Shown here piece by piece: positions 50,593-64,000 of a stretch of DNA of 64,000 nt. Each line of letters starts with the position of its first letter. Position 1 is the first letter of the stretch. Position numbers and translations under genes: made by a program. The notes below the pieces were generated by a model. That model made no database searches, was not told the origin of the DNA, and saw only the letters and a list, made by a program, of their open reading frames with translations. Source of the stretch: Octopus sinensis (taxonomy: Eukaryota); assembly GCF_006345805.1 (NCBI RefSeq), contig NC_043000.1, forward strand, positions 122,388,001 through 122,452,000, read 5' to 3'.

Positions 50593-52495
50593 AGATATTT
50601 TGGGTTTTCTTTTTCTAACACCGAACATTTCATCGTAATATTTTACAAATGGAAGAAATTTTAAAGCACCGCACTAAACCATTTATTCTGTCTCCAATAT
50701 TCCCTTGGTCGAATTTTCGTTTCTTCTCTCTAATATCTCAAAATGATATCTAATTTTATAATATGTTGATTGGCATAACCCTTCTTTTAACATTTATCAC
50801 AGCTTATGCCAGTGTTAGAAATCTGTATTGTGTATACAACTGATGAGGCTTTAAGAGGCAGTCTACTACAGACTGCGGTTCTTAGTCTGTGTTGAAACAA
50901 TTGAACTTCATATTTGTCTGTATTGGTTTGGCAGGAAGAAAAGAAGCACTGGTCGTAGTCTTCTCAGGTTCCCTGAATTCTTGAGAACGACACGGTTAAC
51001 TTTCCTTTTGAGTATGAGTTGATGGATACTAGAAATACACCTGGAGAGTAGAGGCCATCATCAAAAAATCGCTATAACACCAGACAAAGGAAACACTATG
51101 TCTATAGTCAAAATATTAGGAAGGAATTACAACCGTATTTCATGGTCTGCTACCACAACAGTTCCTTTATAGGGTCCAGTTAGCTCAAGACATCATCAGG
51201 AGGAACCACGTCCTACTCCTCAACCGTTTTGAAGTGGCGCCCCCCCCACCCCTTTCGGAGGTGTCTTCAGCTCTGATGTTGGGTGCCTGTCTTCTTTCTT
51301 CTGTTCCCTGGCCTCTTCGACGTATCGTCAGCGAGTGTCAGCCGGTGACTGAGTGATTTGTCAATTTTTTCTCTTTATATACCTTCCTCTATACTCCAGC
51401 AGGCAGCCCCAGCAAGTTGTCATGTGACACTGTCTCACGTTAACTGACTAGTCAAGGCGCGTAGTTTTAGCCTGCGCATTCTCTAAACGACCGTCACCTT
51501 TCGTCAGTCAGCGAAGCCAAACGAATTCGTGTCAGCTTTTTGTGTGAAATTTCTTTGCAAACAGTTTAGAATGTCTCTGTCTATGTGACAGCCACGTCAC
51601 GTCAAATTTAGGGAACTTTTTACACCATCTAGTCGAACTTTGTAGAAAGTTAATCATTTTGGGGAATACAATATATTTGTTGGCTATAAATAGGATAACA
51701 AGTTTTGATATAACACCAAAACTACAAATAAAAGCCTGATGCGATGCAGTTTCCGCTCTGTTAATGAAGGGTGCTTACCGGCTAAGGTAATGATGGGATC
51801 AAGCATTTGTCGAGACTCGAGAAATTTAGCTGCTTGCTGTAAATATTTAGATGTAAAAGAATATTCATTCTTCCTAAGAATAATGGTCATGTCTTTATAA
51901 TTTTGCAAGAGATGAAGAGCTCATAAAACCACAAAAAATTGCTTTTGAGATATTGCTTCTGGTTTCCGTGCAACTACGGACTGTGAAAGGCTAAATAGTT
52001 GCTTCTACCGTGAAACAACAATTTTCTGTTATTTGGAAAGGGCATATAAGAGTTAAATATATTAGCCACGGTCTAAACGTATCAACAGTGATTTGATACG
52101 AAACACTGACTTCTCAAGTAGGCGCTTGCTGTAATACTGACCAGACCATCCCAGCTCACATCGCTAAAGCTGCTCTCATATAATTGTGAAATATTAATCA
52201 ATCAAATCTAAGGTATGACTCTAGACTCGATCTTTTGACTTATTGGGTCTTTCTTAATCAGACTGAAAGCTGACCTGAGCAATAGAGCATATTTCGAGCT
52301 CTAATTATTGCTGAGTAATTAATCTTAAATGTAACAAGAAGTTCATTACAAAATCGATTTACTTAGGTTACATTGGCGATGTCATACATACGTTCGGTCT
52401 GGGCGGAAAATTCTGATCAATACACGTATACTCGGTAGTATATATAGGTGCGTACATAAATGTGATAGAGTGTATGCACGCGTGCGTGTATGTAG

Positions 52496-52498
<3 letters not shown>

Positions 52499-52577
<79 letters not shown>

Positions 52578-52615
52578 CATATATATATATATACATATAT
52601 ATTATATATACATAT

Positions 52616-52649
<34 letters not shown>

Positions 52650-52731
52650 ATACATATATATATACATATATATATATATATTATATATATATATATATTA
52701 TATATATATTATATATATATATAACATATAT

Positions 52732-52781
<50 letters not shown>
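52499..52781. repeat. (TA)n microsatellite
   Basis: Direct. Confidence 0.95.
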
Positions 52782-52786
<5 letters not shown>

Positions 52787-53384
52787 AAATGAGAAATATG
52801 TCTCTATGGGGACACACACACATACAAAGAGAGAGAGAAACACTTGTATGCGCGTGTGTTTTTGATTATGTTTGTGAGGTGGATTTTGTATAGTAAACAC
52901 GTAAGCCTTCACGTGGAACGCATTGATTAATGCTACCTCCCACAGCGCATAAAGTCGCTAACAAATAAATCAGTAACATAATTGATTGCTTTACAAAACT
53001 TACGTACGCACACATACATGCACAGTCACGCATACAGCTATACATATGCACTCATAATTGTTCATACTTATATAAAGTATGCGAGTACTGAAGACAGCTT
53101 ATTATCGAACAACTGACTGTTAAAAGCAAATAGAAAAGCAAGCTGTATGTTGTATGTAAATCTATAGAGGATCAATTTGATGTCGGAACGAAATGTCCTA
53201 TACCCCGTTGGACATAATTTTTGTTCTTTATGATCAGCCGCGAAGCCGAATAAATGTTGTAAGTTACAAATACAAAAGCCATCTGTACTGTGCCTGTTAC
53301 CCAAATCCCAGTCAGAGGTACTGAACACGCTGAGATTAGAGTAGAGGACGCGTTGGACAAGGTGATGTGTAATAGAATAGAACT

Positions 53385-53868
53385 TGATTTCACTTGACTC
53401 GAGACAGCATTCACCCGGTGTGGGTTGAGCTGGCTTCATTCATCCTCAATGCTGCCTCTCTCACAAACGCCGACCAGACCTGGCGATTTGAGGCTAACGA
53501 CCGCGTGATCTCCAGCTACTCGTTATTCCAGCGGCGAACGCGGTAGACATGGGGGCCTAGGTTGGGTTCCAGATCAGCCTTGACTGTCGTCAGCCAGGTT
53601 TTTCGTTGTTCACTACATCACTTTCGCCAACCCTGAAGGGGAGCTGGGGCAATTGCTGCGTAGATGAATTCTCCTGGTTGACAACGGAATGCATGACCCA
53701 GCCAATGCAGACGTCTCGTTAGGATGACTTGTCGGAGGGAGGTGATTTTGCACTGGTGTCGCACCGAATTGTTGCAGACAAAGTGATGTCATCGGACACG
53801 AAGGATGCGGCGTAGAAGTGATCGAAGGATTCTAGTCGCCTAATATCTTCCAACCTCATTGGCCATGA
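53385..53868 (-). mobile_element. RTE-like LINE 3' end
   Basis: Minus: WPMRLEDIRRLESFDH..LRRILRV..RRLHWLGHAFR..RKTWLTTVKADLEP; caagt-repeat tail. Confidence 0.8.
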
Positions 53869-54448
53869 CCCGTTGCCGTAAAGGAGTTAATAGAATAGAA
53901 CCAGAACTATCTCGTTTCTTTGACTTCACATTAATGCCTGGGCTCTTTCTTTATATAAAGCTGAGTTTGAAACTTAAAGAGGTTACTCTGGCCTTGCCAA
54001 GTTTACGAATCCGAGAGGATATTTCCATTTTACTTCTCCGCTTAAATGTAGTATCATATTTAAAAATGATTCTACTCTTTGTTGGTTACTATTGTACAAA
54101 TTTATTGCCTATTGCAGTATGGATACACCGCTTATTTTAAGAGTATGTGATTCGTATCATTTTCTTACATCTATAGGTCGTTTCATTTTTTTCTATGCAG
54201 TATTGAACACCTATGCTTACTGAGGTGTTTCTGAAATTTGGGCTCAGGTTACGTAACAGTGTGGTTTCCAGTTCGGTCCCCACTACGCACCGCTTCGGCC
54301 TGACGTCTGCTATCATATTTTCTAGTGATTGGAAATTCTTGTGATAGGAAATTTTTTAGACAGAGTGTATCTAGAACTCAATCGGTGGATATTTCGTGTC
54401 TTTTGGAAAGGGGTACATTTAACAGTAACCCGGTTATGTATGTATGTA

Positions 54449-54479
<31 letters not shown>

Positions 54480-55433
54480 CATACATACATACATACAAAC
54501 ATTCATACATACAGGGTTTTGTTAAATGCTTAAAGGAGAATCTAGATAAACTGGGATTTCATAAAGAGAAATCGACAGGCTAATTTGTACATTATAAGTG
54601 CAATCTGTGAGCGGAAAAGTAAAAATATACAAGACTTTTCTCAAGTTCCAAATGTGAATTTGTCTGTGTTAACCAGATCCCAAAATGGAGCCTTGTATCT
54701 TTGTTGGAAACTGGCTCCCTCCTCAGTGTAAGGTTTTTGATAATTAAAAAAATAGATATACGTACATACATAGATACATACATTCATACATACATACATA
54801 CATACATACATACAAACATACATACAGACATACAGACATCGTAGGAGGCATAGACATTCATAATAAAAATGAGTACTGGTGGAAAGTCCCTGTGAAAATT
54901 TCAATAAAATGTAAACATAATAGACCTGACATAGTAATTTAGGATAGAGAAAAGAGAAACAGTGTTCAGTTGTGGAAATCAGCTGTCCAGTAAAGCTAAA
55001 AATCTGCGCTACACTATTCAGGAATCTATAGGTACTTATCCAGATTCCAAGTTCAGGTTTATAACCTGAAATTATTAGAACACTGCGATATGTAATGCAT
55101 TGCCTAACATACAGTTTTGAGAAGTTAGGCTTCTTAAAACTAGAAAGGAGAAAGCGGACTCAAAACCCATCATTGCAACTACAAAAATCTGAGAAACTTT
55201 CCCGAAGTTTAAGTATATATGAGCATGTTTAGATATGCAACTATATGCATCAAAAGACATACATAAAACAAAACATAAATCTGCACATATAGGTACATAC
55301 AAAAATTTCTTGTTTAGGTTGTTGAAATTTCAATGAAGGACCATTGGATCTAGGTCAGTTACCGGCTCTTTCTCTATTGGCAAGAAATCGTAATAAGGAA
55401 AAAGAATATTGACATATATACACACACGGAATC

Positions 55434-55435
<2 letters not shown>

Positions 55436-55502
<67 letters not shown>

Positions 55503-55558
55503 AAGATAGAGAGAGATGGAGAGAGATACATACATACATACATACCTACATACATACA

Positions 55559-55592
<34 letters not shown>

Positions 55593-55610
55593 CATACATA
55601 TATACATTCA
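55436..55610. repeat. (GATA)n-(TACA)n compound microsatellite
   Basis: Direct. Confidence 0.95.
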
Positions 55611-55780
55611 TGTGTTTGTGCGTGTGTGTATGAGTGTGTATGTACAAAATTCATAATTTATATATAATTTATATTTGTTGGAGTATTTTGTCCATCTTCA
55701 TCTCCCTAACACACTTTTACATAGTTATACGAAACCTAGTCTCACATTACCAATGTCTGCGTCGATTTCCTTATCAATAG

Positions 55781-55944
55781 GCGCAGGAGTGGCTGTGTGG
55801 TAAGTAGCTTGCTTACCAACCACATGGTTCCGGGTTCAGTCCCACTGCGTGGCATCTTGGGCAAGTGTCTTTTGCTATAGCCCCGGGCCGACCAATGCCT
55901 CGTGAGTGGATTTGGTAGACGGCAACTGAAAGAAGCCTGTCGTA

Positions 55945-56027
<83 letters not shown>

Positions 56028-56244
56028 ATATATGTTTGTGTGTCTGTGTTTGTCCCCTTAGCATTGCTTGACAACCGATGCTGGTATGTTTACGTCCCCG
56101 TCACTTAGCGGTTCGGCAAAAGATACCGATATAATAAGTACTGGGCTTACAAAGAATAAGTCCCGGAGTCGATTTGCTCGACTAAAGGCGGTGCTCCAGC
56201 ATGGCCGCAGTCAAATGACTGAAAAAGTAAAAGAGTAAAAGAGT
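55781..56244 (+). mobile_element. CORE-type SINE family 1, full length, young
   Basis: Near-consensus head, internal microsatellite and (gtaaaaga)n tail. Confidence 0.92.
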
Positions 56245-56510
56245 AATATAAAAAGTGTGGTAAATTTGCCAAAAAATGCCAAGATAAGAGGATAATCATT
56301 TTGCACCATTACAGCAATCCTTAATGTTTGTAGCGAATATAGCAATCAGATCAGTTCGTTTCCAATTGCTGTCAGGTGTCCCTTTCTTGAATGTACATAT
56401 TGTTCCAGTTTGTTTCATTCCAGGAGGCATTATTTGTAAAAGAATATATAGTAATAGTACTGCATTTGCCTACTAAACCAGCATAGGGATGTAAATATCT
56501 CTTAAATATA

Positions 56511-57113
56511 TTTCTTTATTGCCAGCAGGGGGCTAAACATAGAGGGGACAAACAAAGACAGACAAAAGGATTAAGTCGATTACATCGGCCCCTGTCCGTA
56601 ACTGGTTCTTATTTAATCGACCCTGAAAGGATGAAAGGCAAAGTAAACCTCGGCAGAATTTGAACTCAGAACGTAACGGCTGACGAAATACCTATTTCTA
56701 TTTCTTTACTATCCACAAGAGGCTAAACACAGAGAGGACAAACAAGGACAGACAAACGGATTAAATCGAATATATCAACCCCAGTGCGTAACTGGTACTT
56801 ATTTATTCGGCCCCAAAAAGATGAAAGACAAAGTCGACCACGGCAGAATTTGAACTCAGAACGTAGCGGCAGAGGAAATACCTCTTTCTTTACTACCCAC
56901 AAGGGGCTAAACACAGAGGGGACGAACAAAGACAGACAAACGGATTATGTCGATTATATCGACCCCAGTGCGTAACTGGTACTTATTTAATCAACCCCGA
57001 ATGGATGAAAGGCAAAGTCGAGCTCGGCGGAATTTGAACTCAGAACGTAACGGCAGACCAATTACGGCAACGCATTTTGCCCTGCATGCTAACGTTTCTG
57101 CCAGCTCACCGCC
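56511..57113 (-). mobile_element. Meta-type SINE trimer (head + 3 tail-A units)
   Basis: Junctions at 56691/56692 and 56881/56882. Confidence 0.88.
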
Positions 57114-57137
57114 TTAAAAGTCTCTGAATTAAATATT

Positions 57138-57322
57138 CTTTTCTACTCTATGTACAAGGCTCGAAATTTTGGGGGAAGGAGCCAGTCGATTACATCGACC
57201 CTAGTATGCAAAGATGAAAGACAAAGTCGGCCTTGGTGGAATTTCAACTCAGGACGTAAAGACAGACTAATTACTACTAAGCATTTCCCCTGGCGTACTA
57301 ATATTACTGCCAGCTAGCCGCC
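57138..57322 (-). mobile_element. Meta-type SINE, older tail-B monomer
   Basis: Diverged body (aaagacagactaattac) and tail B. Confidence 0.75.
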
Positions 57323-57346
57323 TTAACAGTCACTAAATTAGATATT

Positions 57347-57689
57347 AGATCGACCCCAGTATGCAACTTGTGCTTAATTTATCGAACTCAAAAATATGAA
57401 AGGCAGAGTCGACCTTGGTGGAATTTGAACTCAGGATATAAAGACAGACGAATTACCTGTTTCTTTACTACCCACAAGGGGCTAAACACAGAGAGGACAA
57501 ACAAGGACTGATAAACGGATTATGTCGATTATATCGACCTCAGTGCGTAACTGGTACTTATTTAATCGATCCCGAAAGGATGAAAAGCAAAGTCGACCTC
57601 AGCAGAATTTGAACTCAGAATGTAGCGGCAGACGAATTTCCCGCTAAGCATTTCCCCTGGCGTGCTAACATTTCTGCCAGTTCGCCGCC
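57347..57689 (-). mobile_element. Meta-type SINE chimera: old head + tail-A unit + old body
   Basis: Junction 57456/57457; the head (catttcccctggcg) and distal body (aaagacagacgaattac) match the old monomer at 57138-57322. Confidence 0.8.
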
Positions 57690-58249
57690 TTAACAGTCTC
57701 TAAATTAAATATTAACAAGATGTGCTCGTATCGCAGGAAAAAATAACACATTTATACAACGAACATGATAAGAAATGAAAAGAAGCGAGATGGCATAATG
57801 TTGTAAACAGAGAAATGTACACATTTTACAAAATGGCTCTAACTCCTAACGAGGTTAGACACACAATAACGCAACAAGAACGGAAATACAAATAGAGACA
57901 CAGCAATGGACGATAGTCAAGAAACAGCAAAATGTAAGCCGTCCAGGCAGTATAGGGACATATTTATTATTAATATCAATTGACATTAAGTATTACTAAA
58001 TAATGGTACATCAGTCGGTACGCATACAATTACCTGCACAAATATTAATTCATCTAATTATTAGTGAAGTCGTCCAGAAGCTGACGTGTCTCCCACACAT
58101 ATATGTAAACACATACTAACATGATTTTGTGTGTGTGTGTAAAGGAGCACAAAAAGAGTATTGCACATGAATACGTGGATATAAACGTGCAAGTGTTTGC
58201 ATACATCAGTAAATATATATATACATACACACACAGATGTAAGGATATA

Positions 58250-58338
58250 CATATGTATATATATATATGTGTATGTGTGTGTGTAAATACACATACATAC
58301 ATATATATATATATAATATATATATATATACATATATG

Positions 58339-58376
<38 letters not shown>

Positions 58377-58438
58377 CATATACATACATGCAAATAACAT
58401 ATATATATATACATATATGTATATATATATATACATAT

Positions 58439-58519
<81 letters not shown>

Positions 58520-58540
58520 TATATACATACATACATACAA
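58250..58540. repeat. (TA)/(CA) compound microsatellite
   Basis: Direct. Confidence 0.9.
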
Positions 58541-59083
58541 GCATGTGTGTGTGTGCGGTTACGTATACATGGAAACGTTTGCGAGACCAACGTTGGTAAT
58601 AAAAAAAATAATAGACCTCAGAAAAATATTAAAATTTGCACAGAAAACCACAGCTAGTAACAAAAGGATTTAGATTCTCTAAATAAACAAAAAATAAATA
58701 AAATAACCGAAGCTTAAATCCGGCATCAGCCCCAATAAAGTATAGTAAACGGTAATGAAATTACCATTTAGTAGAAGTAGCTCTTTAGCGATGCTAATTA
58801 AATGCAATTGCTAAATGAGAAGCCAATGGACTGCAGTTAGAAAAGAAACTATAAATCTTCAGACGGGAATAACGGGCAATAAGTAAAAGGAAAGAAAACC
58901 AGTGAGAATAGAATGCATACACCGATTTATCATATGAAACCGCTACCCCTAGTAAACTGTCATAAAAAAAAGGCAATTAAGCAACAGAATAACTAGGAAC
59001 TAACCATAGAAATAATTATAGCAATTAGCATAAGTAGTATGTATAGAAACAATATGTAAAATGTGTGAAGTAATCGACTCCTT

Positions 59084-59230
59084 AATTTATTCTTTGTAAG
59101 CCTAGTACTTGTTCTATCGTTCCCTTTTGCCGAACCGATAAGTTACAGGGACATAAACGCACCAGCACCGGTTGTCAAAGTGATAGTGTGGGTAAAACAA
59201 ACTCACACACATAAACATATACATACATGC

Positions 59231-59320
<90 letters not shown>

Positions 59321-59470
59321 AAGGCTTCTTCTAGTTTCCATTTATTAAACCCACTCACAGGGCTTTGATCGGCCCGAAGCTATAAGAGAAGATACTTTGC
59401 TCGAGACGCCACGCGCTGGGACTGAACCTGGAAACATGTGGTTGGGAAGCAACCTTCTTACCACATAGCT
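59084..59470 (-). mobile_element. CORE-type SINE family 1 (diverged)
   Basis: Match to the other family-1 copies. Confidence 0.8.
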
Positions 59471-59717
59471 ATGCGTGCGTATGTATGTATGTATGCATGT
59501 ATGTATATATATCTATATGAATATATATATATATATATATAAGAATACATGTAAGATATCGAAAAGCCGTCTGCAACGCGACACAGACGAAGTAGAAGAA
59601 GAGAAATGAATTAGCTAATCAGAAAATATGGCTGAAATTAAAAGCTCACTGGAACAAATATGTGTCAGACTTGTCTTAAGGAATGGACGTAGCATGTTTA
59701 CTGGTTTTATATAAATA

Positions 59718-60240
59718 TTGGGTTGTCCGGAAAGTTCGTGCCAATTTATAGTAGCTTACCTTTCGACTTATTTTAGAACATGTTTGAGTCCATAAAATAG
59801 GATTTGACTACACCTCCATTTAAAGCACAGGTTAAGCTATCTTATCGTGGAAGAAGATTTATATTCCTAAAGTTCATTTTCGGCACCTGATGCTTTTTAA
59901 ACCAGACAAAAATTGCTGCAGTTCGGCTGGGATGTCTTACCCAACCCTCCATATTTACCAGATGGTGTTCCTTCGGTTTTCCACTTATACAAGTCTCTGC
60001 AGAATAGTCTTAATGGTAAAAATTTCAATTCCTTGGATGACGTAAAAAGATACCTTGATGAATTCTTTCATGAAACTACCCCAGTTCTGGGAAGAGGGTA
60101 TTTTCAAGTTAAAGGAAAAATGAAGACGCATTGTGCAACAAAATGGTTCATATTAGTTTGATTAAAAATGTAATGGCAAATATTTATATTGACCTTTTCC
60201 TTTCCTTTAAAAATCGGCACGAACTTTCCGGAAAACCCAA
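59718..60240 (+). mobile_element. Internally deleted mariner element with both TIRs and TA TSD
   Basis: TA-ttgggttgtccggaaagttcgtgcc ... ggcacgaactttccggaaaacccaa-TA; WDVLPNPPYLPDGVPSVFHLYKSLQNSLNGKNF. Confidence 0.9.
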
Positions 60241-61131
60241 TAAATACCTAAAATATTTGGTTGTCAATCTTTCTACAGATTCATTCATATTGATTTCAAA
60301 TTCCAGCTCAACGCAACCACTTTGCGTGTATGATTAAGTCAATTACATCAACTCCAGTGCTCAACTGGAGTTTATTTTATTGACGCAAAAAAAGAACGAA
60401 AGTAAATCGACGTCGGTTAAATTCGAACTCAGAACATAACGCCGGACGGAATACCACTATATCATCTTGCCCAGCAAACTAACTATCCTGTCACTCGCCG
60501 CTTTTATTACTTCATTAGTATTAAATTGTTTCCTGTTAAGCAAAGATGAATAACTCCCTCTACTGTTACACGCTGGGAAGAAAGTGCAAAATAAATGACA
60601 GGTCAGTTTATATTAAAGGCTCTGTTACTCTTTTAACTTCATTTCCAATATCATTTTGAATGTCCGAGAGCAAATTTCCTGTTTCAGTTGACTAATGAAT
60701 GCTCGTTTTAAAACCATTTTAATCAAACTAATTCATGAAAACCATTACTACCAAGCGCTTAACTCCACATTGTCACTTCGTACCAAGAAATAGCCAGGCA
60801 GTTTCCATTGAACAGAAAATTACAAAATTTCTATAATTATACCAACACGTTCGTTTAATATTTGTATTAGATGACTTAAGTTTTGCCTTAGGTGAAGTGA
60901 AAAGAGCTGCTCAAAATTCCGCAATTAAAGTAAGATAAGTTGAAATTACTATTAAAAGACTTATAATAATTACTCGCTTTTTAATGTAAGACTAACTTAA
61001 AGGAAGAATTCCTTAGTTATTCAAACTAATAACGAACTCATGACTCAAATTTTTTTATTTCCATGTCTTCCTTCAAGAGATAGAGAACTGGATAATTAGT
61101 TATATATATACATATGTAAAGAAAATATGTG

Positions 61132-61290
61132 ACAATTATTCTGTAGCCATGATAAAACTCCGAGTTTCGGATGTCGGAGCGGAAACCCACGCTGCCCTCT
61201 CTGATGGCTGGATAACTGAAGAGATGGCGGCGTGAGTTCCCGCCCCGACATCCGAAACTCGGAGTTTTATCATGGTTACCGAATAATTGT
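61132..61290. mobile_element. Mini fold-back element (65-bp imperfect inverted arms) carrying a hammerhead motif
   Basis: Arms 61132-61196 / 61226-61290. Confidence 0.7.
61211..61271 (+). ncRNA. Type I hammerhead-like motif, canonical core, GUU site
   Basis: gataa CUGAAGA gatg..catc c GAAA ctc-g-gag UU ttatc; one extra C before GAAA. Confidence 0.6.
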
Positions 61291-61379
61291 TTCATATTAT
61301 ATTTACAGATAAATTCCTCAATTTACCTAATATCAAGTTCTCTTCCATTCTTTTGTTGTCTTACCATTTCTATCAATGT

Positions 61380-61437
<58 letters not shown>

Positions 61438-61555
61438 AGTGCGGATATATATATATATGTATATATAATTATACATATATATATACACATATATTATATA
61501 TTATATATAATATATAATATATAATATATATATATGTATATATATATATATATGT

Positions 61556-62056
61556 AAAATAATAGTTATCGCCATACTAATATGGCATTCTTATAAAAAA
61601 AAGAAAAAAGCTGTCCGCTTATTAGCTCCATGAGGCCATCGCCTTAAGTTAGCTATTTGATACACAAACTGTATCCATATAACCTTCGAACAAGGGAGGT
61701 CAGTCGCTCCACACTACTTGACCGGCAGCTACAGACGCGTTTCGGAGTATTGCCCCTTTTCAATGCAGCGTAGCCAGCCAGTAGGTGTCGCTTCCGACAA
61801 TCTCTGTTCGATGGTTTTATTTACCTAGTTTCGGTCAAGTAGTGTGGAGCGACTGACCTCCCTTGTTCGAAGGTTATATGGATACAGTTTGTGTATCAAA
61901 TAGCTAACTTAAGGCGATGGCCTCATGGAGCTAATAAGCGGACAGCTTTTTTCTTATTTTTATAAGAATGCCATATTAGTATGGCGATAACTATTATTTT
62001 CCGGGAACGCTGCCGCTGTTCTCTTTTAGAGAGACTTAGTTATTTTAATATTTCTA
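61556..62056. mobile_element. ORF-less fold-back PLE pseudo-LTR pair (169-bp inverted arms)
   Basis: 61556-61724 / 61832-62000, one mismatch seen; HHR in the spacer; (TA)n on both flanks. Confidence 0.85.
61728..61769 (-). ncRNA. Minimal hammerhead ribozyme, U3:A8 core variant
   Basis: Minus: gctgca UUGAAAA gggg-caata-ctcc GAAA cgc GUC tgtagc. Confidence 0.7.
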
Positions 62057-62104
62057 TTATATATATGTATATATACATATATATATACATATATATATAT
62101 ATAT

Positions 62105-62150
<46 letters not shown>

Positions 62151-62162
62151 TATATATAATAT

Positions 62163-62227
<65 letters not shown>

Positions 62228-63336
62228 ATATACTTTAAACTATTACAAAAGCCTCAAGATTTACAGACTGTGACGATTACTTCTAACAACTGGAGATTTC
62301 CGTGTGGAAAAACCTGGTTTAAAATCAACTTTCATTATACTTAGAAATTCTCCATGTCTAAATTTGCTGGTACTTTCAGAAAAATGCATTTTGGTAAAAT
62401 GTTAGCAGCTCTGTTTCGTTGAACTCTAAAATAATATCTTTTTGTTTTTCATCTGTCTACATTATATCTTTTCGTATTTCGAAACAAATCATGCTGACAA
62501 AATCCCTCTACTCAGTATAGGACGTCTTTTGCGCATCAAATAATATTTATCAAAGATTTCACTCACATCTTCCTCGATAAATGCATCCACAACACCATCA
62601 TCATCAATTCTCCTCATTCCTTTTTGTTGTCATTGTTGTAGTTTTTTTTTAAATCCAGACTGCATTTTCGAAATAATAGAGAGGCTGTCTAGATTGTAAA
62701 CGGATTATATCGGCTTTGGCAAAGTTTACAATGATATCATCGAAAGCTTATGGTCGAGGTTATAGTGGCGTTGTAATAGACTACAATAAAACTCATGATA
62801 TCAAAATGGAAATATACAGGAGGTTATTACATTATAACCGATTAGCAATTCTGGAGAGATTCTTCAGATTCATGCTCTTCTCTTTTAAGTGCAGATGTAA
62901 TCTCCATTGTTCCTAGACAAACAGTTTTCTAAGTATCAAGTAACTTTGTTTATATACAGCTAATATTATATACTTATCAGTTTATATACTGTTAATATTA
63001 TATACTTATCTCGTAAGATGCTTATTGAGCATAAATTTAAATTGCCTTTTCCACAATTAACACATAGCAGATCTTGAATCAGCCAAAACATTTTAGTTGG
63101 TATACATATGTGTGTGTCAGGAATTCATGTTATATTTAGTATGCACTTTTCAAACACTTCCAGGCATGTATTTGTAGAGGAACGTCTGTGCTTCTGCAAT
63201 TCATTCTTATCAGCGCCATCTGCATCCAGGTTTGTGATTATCAAATACTTCTTTGTATTTTCAGTCGAAACTTTTAGAAAATATTTCTGAAGAGTTACAG
63301 GAATATACTAAATAGAAAAATCATACGGACATTACT

Positions 63337-63524
63337 CCTTTTCTACTTTAGGCACAAGGCCCGAAATTTCGGTGAGGGGACCAGTCGATTAGATCAACCC
63401 CCAGTATGCAACTGGTACTTAATTTATCGACATCGAAATAATGAAAGGCAAAATTCGACCTCGGCGGAATTTGAACTCAGAACGTAGCGACAGACGAAAT
63501 ACTGCTAAACCAGCTCGCCGCCTT
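63337..63524 (-). mobile_element. Meta-type SINE, tail B, with a deletion in the head
   Basis: Match to family 3. Confidence 0.8.
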
Positions 63525-64000
63525 AATACGAGTATTACTCCAATATTCCACTGTTTACATACGTTTCGATTATAGTGAACTACTCTTAGTAGAAAATACT
63601 AAACACAATAAGTAGAGTTTACTCAACCCGATGAGTAGTGTTAGACACGTACGCAAACATTGCAGGGTAAAGAGTTCTCTGTAGTGAGAAGTAAGTAAGG
63701 ATGTAGTAGCTACTGAAAATAGACTAACAAAATATTACATTGATAAAGCGAAAATTTCAAAGTGAGAGAAGGCGAAAGGTGGAGAAGGAAAAAGTTTAGC
63801 AAATATGTATCATATTTCATTTTATAACGCTGCCCATCCATAACGTATACGCGTTATGAGTCTGCATCTTTTGTATGTTCTGATATATCGGGCTTCTTTC
63901 TATATGCTTAAATAACGGAAATATGATGGTGTTAAAATGTAAATCACCGTACATGGCTGCTCATACTCGAAATTCGGCCATTGTAATCCTATGGAAATTT

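Noticed and set aside
50835-51100. CTGATGA + long hairpin + GAAACAATTG and a nearby DKGN peptide (PLE relic?)
   Set aside because: Six extra nt before GAAA, no NUH site and no stem I; at best a dead relic.
51418-51715. Solo LTR (TGTCA...ACA with TATAAA)
   Set aside because: No matching 4-6-bp TSD and no second copy in the window.
56511-57713. CRISPR-like or satellite array
   Set aside because: The repeats are ~185-bp SINE units in eukaryotic DNA, with no repeat-spacer structure or cas genes.

Overview
This is eukaryotic, AT-rich, repeat-saturated DNA, most likely from a coleoid cephalopod such as Octopus. That assignment is an inference from the SINE types and microsatellite density. I could not confidently identify any host gene; there are only weak candidate exons and promoter motifs near 3-5.4 kb. 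Most listed ORFs are microsatellite or repeat artefacts. Supported content: (1) three tRNA-derived SINE families (CORE-type, Meta-domain-type, and a family with exchangeable tails); (2) Penelope-like elements (PLEs), comprising a frameshifted RT+GIY-YIG copy, two 5'-truncated GIY-YIG copies with inverted pseudo-LTRs, a 5' relic, and ORF-less fold-back units; (3) hammerhead ribozyme (HHR) motifs whose core positions 3 and 8 covary (C:G, U:A, A:U); (4) RTE, CR1 and R4/Dong-type LINE fragments; (5) mariner/maT relics and a Helentron-type non-autonomous element; (6) many microsatellites. The strongest leads are a SINE that appears to insert into or multimerise on its own relatives at one fixed position, the HHR core covariation series, and a ~496-nt ORF-less retrozyme-like HHR repeat.
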